Source of the DNA: Eledone cirrhosa
Lineage: Eukaryota
Assembly (NCBI GenBank): GCA_964016885.1
Contig: OZ024748.1
Location: 27,714,001-27,778,000, forward strand
DNA length: 64,000 nucleotides
Direction: 5' to 3'
Below, in pieces: positions 50,670 through 64,000 of the stretch. The notes under the pieces were generated by a model. That model worked only from the letters and a program-made list of their open reading frames with translations. It was not told the DNA's origin and did not search any database. Both the position numbers and the translations under genes were made by a program. Each line of letters begins with the position of its first letter. Positions within the stretch are counted from its first letter, which is position 1.

Positions 50670-52556
50670 GTAGTTATATATACACACGTAATACATTGTA
50701 GATATATACACACGTAATACATTGTAGATTATATACACGTAATACATTGTAGATATATACACACGTAATACATTGTAGATATATACACACGTAATACATT
50801 GTAGATATATACACACGTAATACATTGGAGATATATACACACGTAATACATTCTAGATATATACACACGTAATACATTGTAGATATATACACACGTAATA
50901 CATTGTAGTTATATATACACGTAATACATTGTAGATATATACACACGTAATACATTGGAGATATATACACACGTAATACATTCTAGATATATACACATAC
51001 GGTATTATATTGTAGATATATATACACACAGTATTATATTGTAGATATATATACACACGTAATATTGTAGATATATATACACACGTAATATTGTAGATAT
51101 ATGTATACACGTAAGACATTGTAGATATATACACGTAATATTGTAGATATATACACACGTAATACATTGTAGATATATACACACGTAATACATTGTAGAT
51201 ATATACACACGTAATATATTGTAGATATATATACACGTAATACATTGTAGATATATATACACATGTAATACATTGTAGATATATATACACGTAATACATT
51301 GTAGATATATACACACGTAATATATTGTAGATATATATACACACGTAATACATTGTAGATATATATACACATGTAATACATTGTAGATATATATACACGT
51401 AATACATTGTAGATATATACACACGTAATATATTGTAGATATATATACACACGTAATACATTGTAGATATATACACACGTAATACATTGTAGATATATAT
51501 ACACGTAATACATTGTAGATATATACACACGTAATATATTGTAGATATATATACACACAGTATTATATTGTAGATATATATACACACGTAATATTGTAGA
51601 TATATATACACATGTAATATTGTAGATATATATACACGTAATATTGTAGATATATACACACGTAATACATTGTAGATATATATACACGTAATACATTGTA
51701 GATATATACACACGTAATATATTGTAGATATATACACACGTAATACATTGTAGATATATACACACACGGTATTATAGATATATATACACACACAGTATTA
51801 TATTGTAGATATATATACACACGTAATATTGTAGATATATATACACGTAATATTGTAGATATATATACACGTAATATTGTAGATATATATATACACACGT
51901 AATATTGTAGATATATATACACGTAATATTGTAGATATATATATATATACATGTAATATTGTAGATATATACACACGTAATATTGTAGATATATACACAC
52001 GTAATATTGTAGATATATATACACACGTAATATTGTAGATATATACACACGTAATATTGTAGATATATATATACACACGTAATATTGTAGATATATATAC
52101 ACGTAATATTGTAGATATATATATATACACGTAATATTGTAGATATATATACACACGTAATATTGTAGATATATATACACGTAATATTGTAGATATATAT
52201 ACACACGTAATATTGTAGATATATATATACACACGTAATATTGTAGATATATATATACACACGTAATATTGTAGATATATATACACGTAATATTGTAGAT
52301 ATATATACACACGTAATATTGTAGATATATATACACACGTAATATTGTAGATATATATACACGTAATATTGTAGATATATATATACACACGTAATATTGT
52401 AGATATATACACACGTAATATTGTAGATATATATACACACGTAATATTGTAGATATATATACACGTAATATTGTAGATATATATACACACGTAATATTGT
52501 AGATATATATATACACACGTAATATTGTAGATATATATATACACACGTAATATTGT
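50670..52556. repeat. Minisatellite of 24-30 bp, GTAGA(TA)n(CA)nCGTAATA(CA)TT
   Basis: About 70 units. The variant changes from TAATACATTG to TAATATTG along the array. Confidence 0.95.
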
Positions 52557-52951
52557 GTGCATCTTCTACCCTCTCTCTCATACTGTCACACCCTCTCCCT
52601 TACTCTCTCTCTCTTACTCTCTCTCTCTGTCTCTGTCTCCCAGTTACGCACTCTCTGTCTCTCTCTTTTTCTTTCTCTCTCTTTCTGTTACTCACTCTCT
52701 CTCTCACTCTCTCACCCTGTCTCCCCGTCTCGAAAATTCGCTCTCTGTCTCTTTCTGTCACTCTCTTACATTCATTCACATTCCTACACACTCTCTGCCC
52801 CCCGCCTCTCTCTCTCTCGTTACCTTCTCTGTAAACATTTTCGTTTCTCTCCAGCTTTAATATTGTTGCTATTGTTATTATTGGTGGTGGTGGTGGTGAT
52901 GGTGGTGATGGTGGCGGCGGGTGTCGTCGGCGTATTATTATTATTATTATT

Positions 52952-53145
52952 ATTAACCTCGGCGGGATTTGAACTCAGAGTTACGGCCCTTGCCATTCTG
53001 AGTTCAAATCCCGCCGAGGTTAACTTTGCCTTTCATCCTTACGGGGTAGATAAAATAAAGTACCAGTAATGTACTGGGGTCGATTTAATCGACTTTCCCC
53101 TTGCCTTCAAATTGCTGGCTTTGTGCCTAAAATAGAAATAATTAT
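52952..53145 (+). mobile_element. SINE copy with a 5' foldback
   Basis: TTAACCTCGGCGGGATTTGAACTCAGA is a perfect 27-bp inverted copy of the downstream B-box segment. Confidence 0.8.
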
Positions 53146-53184
53146 ATTATTATAATACACCCACCACCCACCCCACCAACTTCA

Positions 53185-53990
53185 CCCCATTCCCTCCACA
53201 CCACCACCACCATCACCCTTTCCCCTCCACACCACCACCACCATCACCCTTTCCCATCCACACCACCACCACCATCACCCTATCCCCTCCATACCACCAC
53301 CACCATCACCCTATCCCCTCCACACCACCACCACCATCACCCTTTCCCCTCCATACCACCACCACCATCACCCTTTCCCCTCCATACCACCACCACCATC
53401 ACCCTTTCCCCTCCATACCACCACCACCATCACCCTTTCCCCTCCATACCACCACCACCATCACCCTTTCCCCTCCATACCACCACCACCATCACCCTTT
53501 CCCATCCACACCACCACCACCATCACCCTATCCCCTCCATACCACCACCACCATCACCCTATCCCCTCCATACCACCACCACCATCACCCTTTCCCCTCC
53601 ATACCACCACCAGCCCATTCCCTCCTACCACCACCACCATCACCCTTTCCGCTCCACACCACCACCACCCTCACCCCATTCCCTCCACCCCACCCCCCAC
53701 TCCATTCCCTTCAGACCACCACCACCCTCACCCCCATCCCCTCCATACCACCACCCTTTCCCCTCCACACCACGACGACCACCACCACACCATTCCCTCC
53801 ACACCACCGCCACCACCACCCCATTCCCTCCACACCACCACCGCCATCACCCTATACCCTCCACCACCACCCATTCCCTCAACTCCACCACCGCCATCAC
53901 CCTATACCCCCCCCATTCCCTCCACACCACCACCACCGCCATCACCCTATACACTCCACCTCCCCCATTCCCCCCCCCCACTTACCACCA
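53185..53990. repeat. 31-bp C-rich minisatellite ACCACCACCACCATCACCCTTTCCCCTCCAT
   Basis: Directly visible, decaying to the right. Confidence 0.9.
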
Positions 53991-54057
53991 CACCAAATCA
54001 CTGTAGAAACATCAAGATGATTACCATATTACCAAGACCAACACATGACCAATCACA

Positions 54058-54492
54058 CCCAGCACCAGCACCAGCACCACCAGCACCACCACCACCACCA
54101 GCACCACCACCACCACCACCACCAGCACCACCACCACCACAGCACCACCACCACCACCAGCACCACCACCACCACAGCACCACCAGCACCACCACCACCA
54201 CAGCACCACCAGCACCACCAGCACCACCAGCACCACCACCACCACCAGCACCACCACCACCACCACCACCAGCACCACCACCACCACAGCACCACCAGCA
54301 CCACCACCACCACAGCACCACCAGCACCACCAGCACCACCACCACCACAGCACCACCAGCACCACCACCACCACCACCACCACAGCACCACCACCACAGC
54401 ACCACCAGCACCACCAGCACCACCACCACCACCACCACCACAGCACCACCATCACCACTACCACCACCACCATCACCACCATCACCACCAGC

Positions 54493-54525
<33 letters not shown>

Positions 54526-54555
54526 ACCATCACCACCACCACCACCACCATCACC

Positions 54556-54586
<31 letters not shown>

Positions 54587-54609
54587 GCACCAACACTACC
54601 AGCACCAAT

Positions 54610-54642
<33 letters not shown>

Positions 54643-55095
54643 ACCACCACCACCACAGCACCACCATCACCACCACCACCACCACCAACCATCACCACCA
54701 CCAGCACCACTACCACCACCACTACCACCACCAACACCATCGCCACCACAACCGCCACCACCAGCACCACCACCACCATAGCACCACCACCACCACCACC
54801 GCCACCACGTCTGCCACCACCACCACGACAGCACCAACACCATCACCATCACGACCACCACCACCATCACCATCACCAGCACCACCACCACCACCACCGC
54901 CACCACCTCTGCCACCACAACCACCACCACAACACCACAATGACCATTATCACCATCACAACCACCTTAATCACCACCATCATCATCATCATCACTGCTA
55001 TTATTACAATTGTTATTGTTATTATCCTTGTTATTGTTATTGTTATTGTTGTTATTGTTGTTGTTATTGTTGTTATTGTTGTTGTTGTTGTTGTT
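54058..55095. repeat. (CAC/CAG)n expansion followed by (GTT/ATT)n
   Basis: Directly visible. Confidence 0.9.
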
Positions 55096-55226
55096 GTTAA
55101 GTACCATACCGTTGCTTCTACACTTTAAATCATTTAAGAACCGTTGCAAAATACCTCTTATTACAGAAAGCACTTAACCCCGCTTGCTCCCTGTACATCA
55201 CAACATTATCCTGCAGCCCCACCCTC

Positions 55227-55282
<56 letters not shown>

Positions 55283-55363
55283 CTCTCCCTCTCCTCTCTT
55301 GCTCTCTCTCTCTCTCTATCTCTCCCTCACCCTCTCTGCCCCTCTCTCTATCTCTCCCTCACC

Positions 55364-55399
<36 letters not shown>

Positions 55400-55646
55400 T
55401 GCTCTCTGTCTTTCTCTATCTCTCCCTCACCCTCTCTATCTCTCTCTCTTTCCTCTCTTGCTCTCTGTCTCTCTACCTCTCCATCCCCCCTCTCTCTCTA
55501 GCCTTCCCTCACTCTCTATCTCACTCTCTATTTCTCTCTGTCGCTGTCTGAATGTCTTTCATTGTTTCTCTACCCCCGTCTCCTCCTTGTCTATCTTCAT
55601 CTCCCTCTTACCGTTTTTCTGTCTGCGTCTAGCTATTTCTCCTCCA

Positions 55647-55702
<56 letters not shown>

Positions 55703-56678
55703 CCTCTCGCTTTCTCTCTCTCCCTCTCTCTCTCTCACTCCCTATCTAACTATCTAGCCCTCTCTAATCTTCTTACTGTTTCATTTTCAAACATACATTA
55801 TTTTCTCCATTCTCAATATTGCCTCTCTTTTTTCTCTCTCTCTTTCTCTCTCTTTTCCCATCTCTCTCTTATTTCTCTCTCCTCCTCTCTCTAAATCTTT
55901 CTTCCCCTCTTTCTCTCCCTCTTTCTTTCTCTCACTCTCTCTCCCTCTCTCTTTTTCTCTCTCTCCCTCTCTCTAAATCTTTCTCTTGTTTTCTTTATTT
56001 TTCCCTCTCACATATTTCTTCATTTTATAACAAAACACTAAAAATATTTTTTATTGTTTATTTAATAAAATGTATATATGTGTGTATGTGTGCTTGTTTG
56101 TGTGTTTGTACATATTTACACACACTCACACATATAAACAATGACAAACAACACCGCCTATTCGTCTCAACTAGTGAAAAAGTAAAACAATAAACCCAGA
56201 AACATCTTAAAAACCAAAAATAAAAGGACAATCAAGAGTGTTTTTTTCCTTTCTCATTCGCGATGAAAAGATGTATTACTAGTTGTTTTGTATCTTATTG
56301 TTGTTGTAGTTGTAGTGGATAAAATACTCTGTATATTAATTAATTATAGAAGAGTTTAGAGGGGTTTACTAAAATTAGTATTATTAAGATAGCATTTGTA
56401 ACAAAACTTAATATATTGATCTCATATAAAATTGTTGGAAAGTTTTAATTTAAATAAGAACCTTTTACATTTGGTAGTTTTGTCTAAAATCGCCAGGGGC
56501 GTTTTGGGGGTGGCCTGTTAGGAAAAGAGTGTCGAAGTTACCCATGTTTCCAAAGTTCCTAGGTAAGGTAAGGTAAAGTAAAGGCCGTTAAATTCCTGAT
56601 GGAGTTGGTAGAGGTTCCATCTTGCTACACAGCGTGTTTTGGGTAGTTTATACCTGATGGAGCTCATCTCTCTCCAGG

Positions 56679-56763
<85 letters not shown>

Positions 56764-57134
56764 CTCAGGACTAGATTAGTGCAAAGTTTCATGCACTTCA
56801 ACTCAGAGTGCAGTGAATTGAAACAAATACCGAGGCAATTTTAATTCACGCCATGACGACGCTGCCATCAATTGGCCATCATTGGAGTTTCTAGACTGGG
56901 CAACGAACAGCAGCAGAAGCAGCAGCATCGACAACAACTGCAACAACAACATCAACAACGTTATGTCATTTCAGTTGGGTTACTTATTACTTTGAAATTT
57001 TAATGTTTAAACATAAAAATCCTATTGATATTTTAAATATCGACTGAGTAAAATTAAAATATATTAGAACTGACTTAGAGATATTCCTTAAGACCATTTC
57101 ACCTTGTTTTTTCAGTGTTTATAGCACTACAATA

Positions 57135-57270
57135 GAGTCATTAGAACCTCGGATAGAATGCTTTGCGGTATTCGTTCCTGTTCTCTGCTTTCTGAGTTCA
57201 AGTCCCGCCGAGGTCCATTTTACCTTTCATTCTTTCGAGGACGATAAATAAAGTACCGATATTGGGGTCA
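57135..57270 (+). mobile_element. Old SINE copy
   Basis: TCTGAGTTCAAGTCCCGCCGAGG...CCTTTCATTCTTTCGAGGACGATAAATAAAGTACC. Confidence 0.7.
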
Positions 57271-58053
57271 CTTCTTCCTCTATATCTCTTTCTCACTTCT
57301 ACTCTCTCACTTTCTATCCTTCTCTGAAAGAAATCTACTGTACCCGGGGCTGGAGAAGGATGGGCTCCGCTAGGCTCAAAATGCCCAAGAAACGCTCTTT
57401 GACACTATTACACCCCTACGACTCCATCAATGTCCGAAAGCGCCTCCTCCCCCCTTTTTAAATACAGTATGATTTTATTTGATGGAGATTTGTCAGCTAT
57501 TTCAAGCAAGTGTAATGACAGTTTAGTAGAGGCTCCCTCGTTTAATTTAAACACATTGTAAACGTCCGCCATTGTCAATGGCAACATCGTCAACCAATTA
57601 TAATTATTGATGTAAAAATGGCGTCCATTTCGACTGGGAACGTTCGTTCGTCGTTTATCAAAATATTTATTTACTTCATAGAGCAATGCGATGAATATAA
57701 ACCAGTTGCTTCACTCAACACGATCAATGCTACGTATCAATAGATGATTAGTCCATCCGTGTCAATATTTCTTCCCCGCCTCTCCACCATTTCTTCCAGA
57801 AAATTTAGTAATTATTGCCGTTGCCCACAGTTAAGTTAGGTGAAATGAATAACGCGCATTACTTAGATTTGAACCCAAGAACCAGGAACCAGCGTTAACA
57901 TGGGTTTCTAATCACTTATTCAATATAGAGTGTTTTCAAAAAATTAGATAGCATTTGAGATGTAAATATCCCACAAACTACAAAGTCTAGGACAACGAGA
58001 CTGAGCTAGTTTAATGTTGAGCAACATAAGATTTATTCCTCAAAATTTGTCAA

Positions 58054-58213
58054 CGGACGCCATGCTTTGCAGCAAAGAGTTACAGCCCTTTATGGTCTGA
58101 GTTCAAATGCCGCCGAGATTAACTTGCCTTTCATCCTTATGGGGTCGATAAAATAAAGTACCAGTAATACACTGGGATAATTGCTGGCCTTGTGCCAAAA
58201 GTAGAAACAATTA
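58054..58213 (+). mobile_element. SINE copy, 5'-truncated
   Basis: Nearly identical to 35062-35221. Confidence 0.85.
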
Positions 58214-59207
58214 TAAGACTAAGCGTCAATATATATTTAAATGTGACAACCTTGGGAACAGGTCATTGTCTCTTATTTTAACAGCCTGTGTATATACTTC
58301 ACCTCTATTACACCTTACATTTAATCTTCTAATGGAAGAAAGGAGTTTGTTTGTGATTATATATTGATTAATACGCCTCAGAATACAGCAAATACAGAGG
58401 AAGGTAGTGGAGTTTAGCAACAGCAAAAGTCATTTAACGAAGTTCATAAATTAGTAAGAGGTTATACTGCATGGTCATGTGGTGAATGGGAGTACAATAG
58501 ACGATGGTATGCTACGTGGTGGTATACTACATGGCCATGTGGTGCATGGGAGTACAATACACGATGGCATGCTACGTGGTGGTATGCTACATGGTCTCTC
58601 ACTGACGAAGAGCTTTTCTTTGAAACGTTCGTAATTTTTAGATCTCTGACAGCAGACGTATTTATCCACATCAGATTGGGGAAGGTGTGTGTAGATGTGT
58701 ATATTGCAGAGGAAGAGGGAGAGGGAGAGGATTGTGATAAAGAGAAGGGTGGAAAGATATGTTAAGGAGGGGAGATATAATAAAGAGGGAGAGATAAAGT
58801 GAGAAAGGGGCTGTGATAAAGAGAGACAGAGTGGAAGGTATGATAAAGGAGGAGGGTGTTAAGGAGAGGGGAAAGAGGGAGAGAGGGAGAGGTATGCTAA
58901 GGAGAGGGGGTATATTAAAGAAAGGGATGGGGAAGTTCGTTGATGAGAGGGAAGGGGATGTATGTTAAATAGAGGGAGTGGGAGGGGAGAAATGGTAAAA
59001 GGAGCGGGGAGATATGTTAAAGAGAGAGAGAGAGAGAGAGTCATGTTAAAGAGAGAGAGAGAGATTCATGTAATAGAGAGGGGGGGGGGGTCATGTTAAA
59101 GAGGGAGGGAGAGAGTCATGTTAAAGAGAGGTGAGTTAAAGATGTTCAACGGTGAGAAACAAGAGATATAGCAAAGATTGATTGAAGAAACATTAAGTTA
59201 AATCAGT

Positions 59208-59987
59208 GTGTATATATGTATATATGTATATATGTATATATGTGATGTAATGTATATATGTATATATGTATATATGTATATATGTATATATGTGATGTAA
59301 TGTATATATGTATATATGTAATGTAATGTAATGTATATATGTATATATGTATATATGTATATATGTATATATGTGATGTAATGTATATATGTATATATGT
59401 AATGTAATGTAATGTATATATGTATATATGTATATATGTGATGTAATGTATATATGTATATATGTAATGTAATGTAATGTATATATGTATATATGTATAT
59501 ATGTATATATGTATATATGTATATATGTGATGTAATGTATATATGTGATGTAATGTATATATGTATATATGTAATGTAATGTAATGTATATATGTATATA
59601 TGTATATATGTGATGTAATGTATATATGTATATATGTAATGTAATGTAATGTATATATGTATATATGTATATATGTATATATGTATATATGTGATGTAAT
59701 GTATATATGTATATATGTAATGTAATGTAATGTATATATGTATATATGTAATGTAATGTATATATGTATATATGTGATGTAATGTATATATGTATATATG
59801 TAATGTAATGTAATGTATATATGTATATATGTAATGTAATGTAATGTAATGTATATATGTATATATGTATATATGTGATGTTATGTATATATGTATATAT
59901 GTGATGTTATGTATATATGTATATATGTGATGTAATGTATATATATATATATAATGTAATGTAATGTATGTATCTAATGTATGTATG

Positions 59988-60018
<31 letters not shown>

Positions 60019-60100
60019 TGTATATATGTATGTATATATGTTATGTATGTATGTATGTATATATGTATGTATGTATGTACGTATGTATGTATGTATCTAT
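59208..60100. repeat. (TATATATG)n / (TAATG)n / (TATG)n compound satellite
   Basis: Directly visible. Confidence 0.9.
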
Positions 60101-60205
60101 TTATGAGACAATGAGTGAGAGGTAGAGAGAGATTTGCACGCACACACACATATGTACAGGAACATACATACATACATTACATACATACATGACATACATA
60201 CATAT

Positions 60206-60266
<61 letters not shown>

Positions 60267-60599
60267 GATACATATATACATGACATACATACATACATAC
60301 ATATATACATTTGAGACAGATCGAGTGATGGGTTCGTAGATGAGAAGAAGAAGAAGAAGAAGAAGAAGAAGAAGAAGAAGAAGAAGAAGAAGAAGAAGAA
60401 GAAGAAGAAGAAGAAGAAGAAGAAGAAGAAGAAGAAAGGAAGGTGAGAAAAGCAGGAATCAATCAATAGCCGAACTGATGGTGATGGTGGAGGGGGAGGT
60501 GGTGGTGGTGGTGGAGGTGGGGGTGGGGGTAGGGGATGGGGGTGGGGGTGACGTTGGTGGAGGTGGAAGTGGTGGTGGTGGAGGTGTTGGTTATGGAGG

Positions 60600-60645
<46 letters not shown>

Positions 60646-62533
60646 GGTAGTGGTGGAGGTAGTGGTGGAGGTGGTGGTGTTGGTGGAGGTGGAAGTGGTG
60701 GTGGTGGAGGTGTTGGTGTTGGTGGTGGGGGTGTTAGTGGTGGTGGTGGTGGTGGTGGAGGTTAGTGTTAGGCTGGAATGTTCCAGAAGCAGGAAACAAA
60801 AGGCCATTAGAAATGAATATTTGGATTAAAATGGCAAACGACGATGACGACAACAACAGCAACTGCTGCAAAGATATAGTAATAATAATAGTAATAATAT
60901 TACTACTAATAATAATAACAACAACAACAACAAGAATGACAACTAAAACAACTGCATTCTTGATAATAGTAATAATAATAATAATAATAATAATATTACT
61001 TATAATAACAACTGCAACAACAACAGTAACAACAACAATTATAGTCACAACAAACGATGTTTTCCCCATATTCTCACCCCTCCCCTCTCTCTGTCTCTGA
61101 AAAAGAAAAAGATGACAATTCAAAACAGAAGCAAAAACAAAACAAAAGAGGACAAAAGAAAAACCACACAAAACACATAAAACAAAAAAAGTTGTTTTAA
61201 AAAACAAGTAAAAACATAAATCTATGAATAAATATATGGATAGAAAGAAAAAAAAAATTCATATAAAATAAAATTAATGGAAAACGTGGGAGAAAGATAT
61301 TCTTGATTTTTTTTATTTATATATACTAAATAATATAAGAAGGAATTTAGAAATTAAGTTTTTTTCTTGAAAAAAAATAAAATAGAAAGGGGAGATAAAA
61401 AATGGGGAAAATGGGAGAAAAAGGTAGAAGGAAATAGAATGCAATAGAAAAGACAAAAAGAAGGTGCGATAAAAAAAGAGAGAGAAGAAAAGTGAAAGGA
61501 ATAGAAAGTAAAGAATGAGAATTAAAGTAAAAGGGAGAAAGCTGAAGGAAATAGAAAACCAAAAAAAGCCCAAAAAGAAAGGGAGATAAAACGAAAAGTA
61601 AAGGAAAATAAAAGTTAAAAAAGTAAAAAAAAAAAATAAAAAAGACAGCAAGGGAAAAAACCCCAGAAAAAAGATGAAGGAATTAGAAAGTAAAATAAAA
61701 TAAAAAAAAAGAACCTGGGGAGATAAAAAAAAAAAAAATAGAACAGGTAAGAAATAGAGAGTTCTAAAAATACAAATGAAAAGAAAGGGAGATAAAAAAT
61801 GGAAAAAGAGGAAAAGAGTGGAAAGGATGAAGGAAATAGGTAGCAGATGAGGTTGAAAAGGAAGAGGAAGAAAAGGAGGAGAAAAGTTTTTAAGGAAATC
61901 AGAATTAAAATTAGAAGAAGTATAGTAAAATCGATGTTTTTGGTATAAACTTTCATCTTTTCTGTTACAAGAGAAATATTACTTTTCTGTGACAATTTCA
62001 CAGATTACTTTTCACGGTTGTGAAACGTTGGTTGTTTGTGATGGTGGTGTGGTGTTGGGTGGGGGTAATGGTGTGGGTAGATAAGTGATGGTGGTTGGTG
62101 GTGGCTGGAGTGGGATAGGGTGGTGTTTCTGGTGGCAATGATGGTGGTGGTGGTGGGATTCTAGTATGTGGTATCGGTGGTGGAGGAGTATGTGAGGTTC
62201 TGGTGGTGGTGATGGTTCGTCTGTGCATGTGTGTGTTTACGTATTATTAAAGGTAAGACTTTTACCTTTTCTTTCTTACTCATTCTCTTACTCTCTCTCA
62301 TTCTCTACCTGTTATTCTCTCTTTCTCCCATATAACTCTCCTCCTCTTTTCTCAACTCTCTGTCCTAATGTCCCCCCCCCCCTCTAAATATCCCTTCCTT
62401 CTTAGTTCTTCTTATTTATCACCACCTTCTCAATTCTCCTCATACCTTTCCTCCTCCAATATCTCTCACACTTTACTATCACTCCACTTTTCTTTCTTGT
62501 CCTCCTTTCAATTTATTTTCTCTCTCTCTCTCT

Positions 62534-62584
<51 letters not shown>

Positions 62585-62642
62585 ATTCTTTGTCTGTCTC
62601 TCTCTGTCTGTCTTTTCCTTATGTGTCACTCCTCAACATTAT

Positions 62643-62697
<55 letters not shown>

Positions 62698-62698
62698 A

Positions 62699-63065
62699 AT
62701 ATTGTTACACTTTGGGAGGGTCATGCTGCCAATAAGAAACACACGCACCAGTTGCTTTCACTTCAATTTAATTTATTAAATATTTATAAATTTACAAATT
62801 TATAAATTTCTGGTTGGTTGGTTGGTTCCACAACCAGATAGTTGTTTATATATATATAGTCATAGTTCTTTCGTCACACACTCTGTGACCTCTTCAGTGA
62901 CTGGGGATTTCTTTCTTCGTTTCTGTGCCTTTCCTTTCTTCTATCCTACGCCATTTTGTTTGTGTGTGGGTTGTGTGCTCAGCATGACCCTCCCAAAGTG
63001 TAACAATATCGGTTTCAACACACGATTTCAGATAAAGAATCTTGCTAAACAAATTCAGAAACGAA

Positions 63066-63066
<1 letters not shown>
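62699..63066 (-). mobile_element. Family A element, copy 3 (HHR-like motif at 62859-62901)
   Basis: Inverted arms of 30 bp at 62699-62728 and 62980-63009 plus tail. Motif reads AGTCA-CTGAAGA-G-GTCACA(GAGTG)TGTGAC-GAAA-GAAC-TA-TGACT. Confidence 0.85.
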
Positions 63067-63106
<40 letters not shown>

Positions 63107-63242
63107 AAATAACGAGGAAGTATGAAAAATATTTATTACGTATCGACCTGTTTCGCAGAGGATTGGCTCAAGGTGAACCATAGGGGTTATGGACCTGACT
63201 CCACTGTCGATCTGCTCCCTAGCCTGGTGATGCGACAACCTA

Positions 63243-63323
<81 letters not shown>

Positions 63324-63334
63324 TATATATATAT

Positions 63335-63380
<46 letters not shown>

Positions 63381-63382
63381 TC

Positions 63383-63620
63383 GCTCTACATGGCTGAATA
63401 TAATAAATGTAATCTGAGTATTTCGAATATTAATAATTGTTTCTACATTTGGCACAAGGCCAGCAATTACCCAGTGCGTTACTGGTACTTTATTTTATCG
63501 ACCCCGCAAGGATGAAAGGCAAAGTCAACCTCGCCGGGATTTGAACTCAGATCGTAAAGGGACGTAACTATGCTGGAAAGCATGACGTCCGCCCCTCTAC
63601 CGATACTGCCAATCCACCGC
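63383..63620 (-). mobile_element. SINE copy with a 3' extension
   Basis: Reverse complement of the main SINE, plus about 50 bp of extra tail shared with 63858-63908. Confidence 0.85.
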
Positions 63621-63732
63621 CAATCCACAATATACCGAGTAATAATAACATTCGATTCGTTTGCAATTTAACAAACAAGCCTCATTTTGTTTAATTGCAA
63701 ACGAATCGAATGTTATTATTAATATTCGAAAT

Positions 63733-64000
63733 TGCCATTCTGAGTTCAAATCTCGCCGAGGTTAACTTTGCCTTTCATCGTTACGGGGTCGATAAAATAA
63801 AGTACCAGTAATACACTGGATAATTGCTGGCCTTGTGCCTAACGTAGAAACAATTATTAATATTCGAAATACTCAGATTACATTTATTGTATTCAGCCAT
63901 GTAGAGCGGTGGATTGGCAGTATCGGTAGAGCGTCGGACGCCATGCTTTGACGCAAAGAGTTACGACCCTTTATGGTCTGAGTTCAAATCCCGCCGAGGT
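63733..64000 (+). mobile_element. Head-to-tail SINE units running off the window end
   Basis: A partial SINE (63733-63857), a spacer, then a new SINE head from about 63908. Confidence 0.85.

Noticed and set aside
57408-57686. 92-aa non-repetitive ORF
   Set aside because: No recognisable motif, non-ATG start and no clear splice signals.
63140-63180. CTTGA...GCGAAACAGGTC on the minus strand
   Set aside because: The core is missing two bases and the stems are weak.

Overview
This is AT-rich, microsatellite-saturated animal DNA with no intact host gene that I can support. The SINE repertoire and repeat density suggest an octopus (coleoid cephalopod) intron or intergenic region; that is an inference. 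Almost all listed ORFs are artefacts of simple repeats. Real coding remnants are two Penelope-like element (PLE) fragments (RT thumb plus C-terminal GIY-YIG at 4317-4948, RT core at 37171-37610), a 5'-truncated RTE LINE nested in a SINE, a Tc1/mariner transposase N-terminus and an internally deleted Helitron. The main signal is a dense set of short non-coding inserts in (TA)n tracts, from about ten apparently unrelated families. They share a PLE-style inverted or direct terminal-repeat architecture, and most carry a type I hammerhead ribozyme (HHR) fold. I count about 13 complete or near-complete folds plus several halves, some canonical and some with recurrent core variants. The best is a retrozyme-like 481-nt unit bounded by direct repeats (6346-6971). 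A 9-kb G/T-rich satellite with foldback ends has seed units that replace the ribozyme core of a neighbouring element. All folds were derived by eye and no activity is demonstrated.
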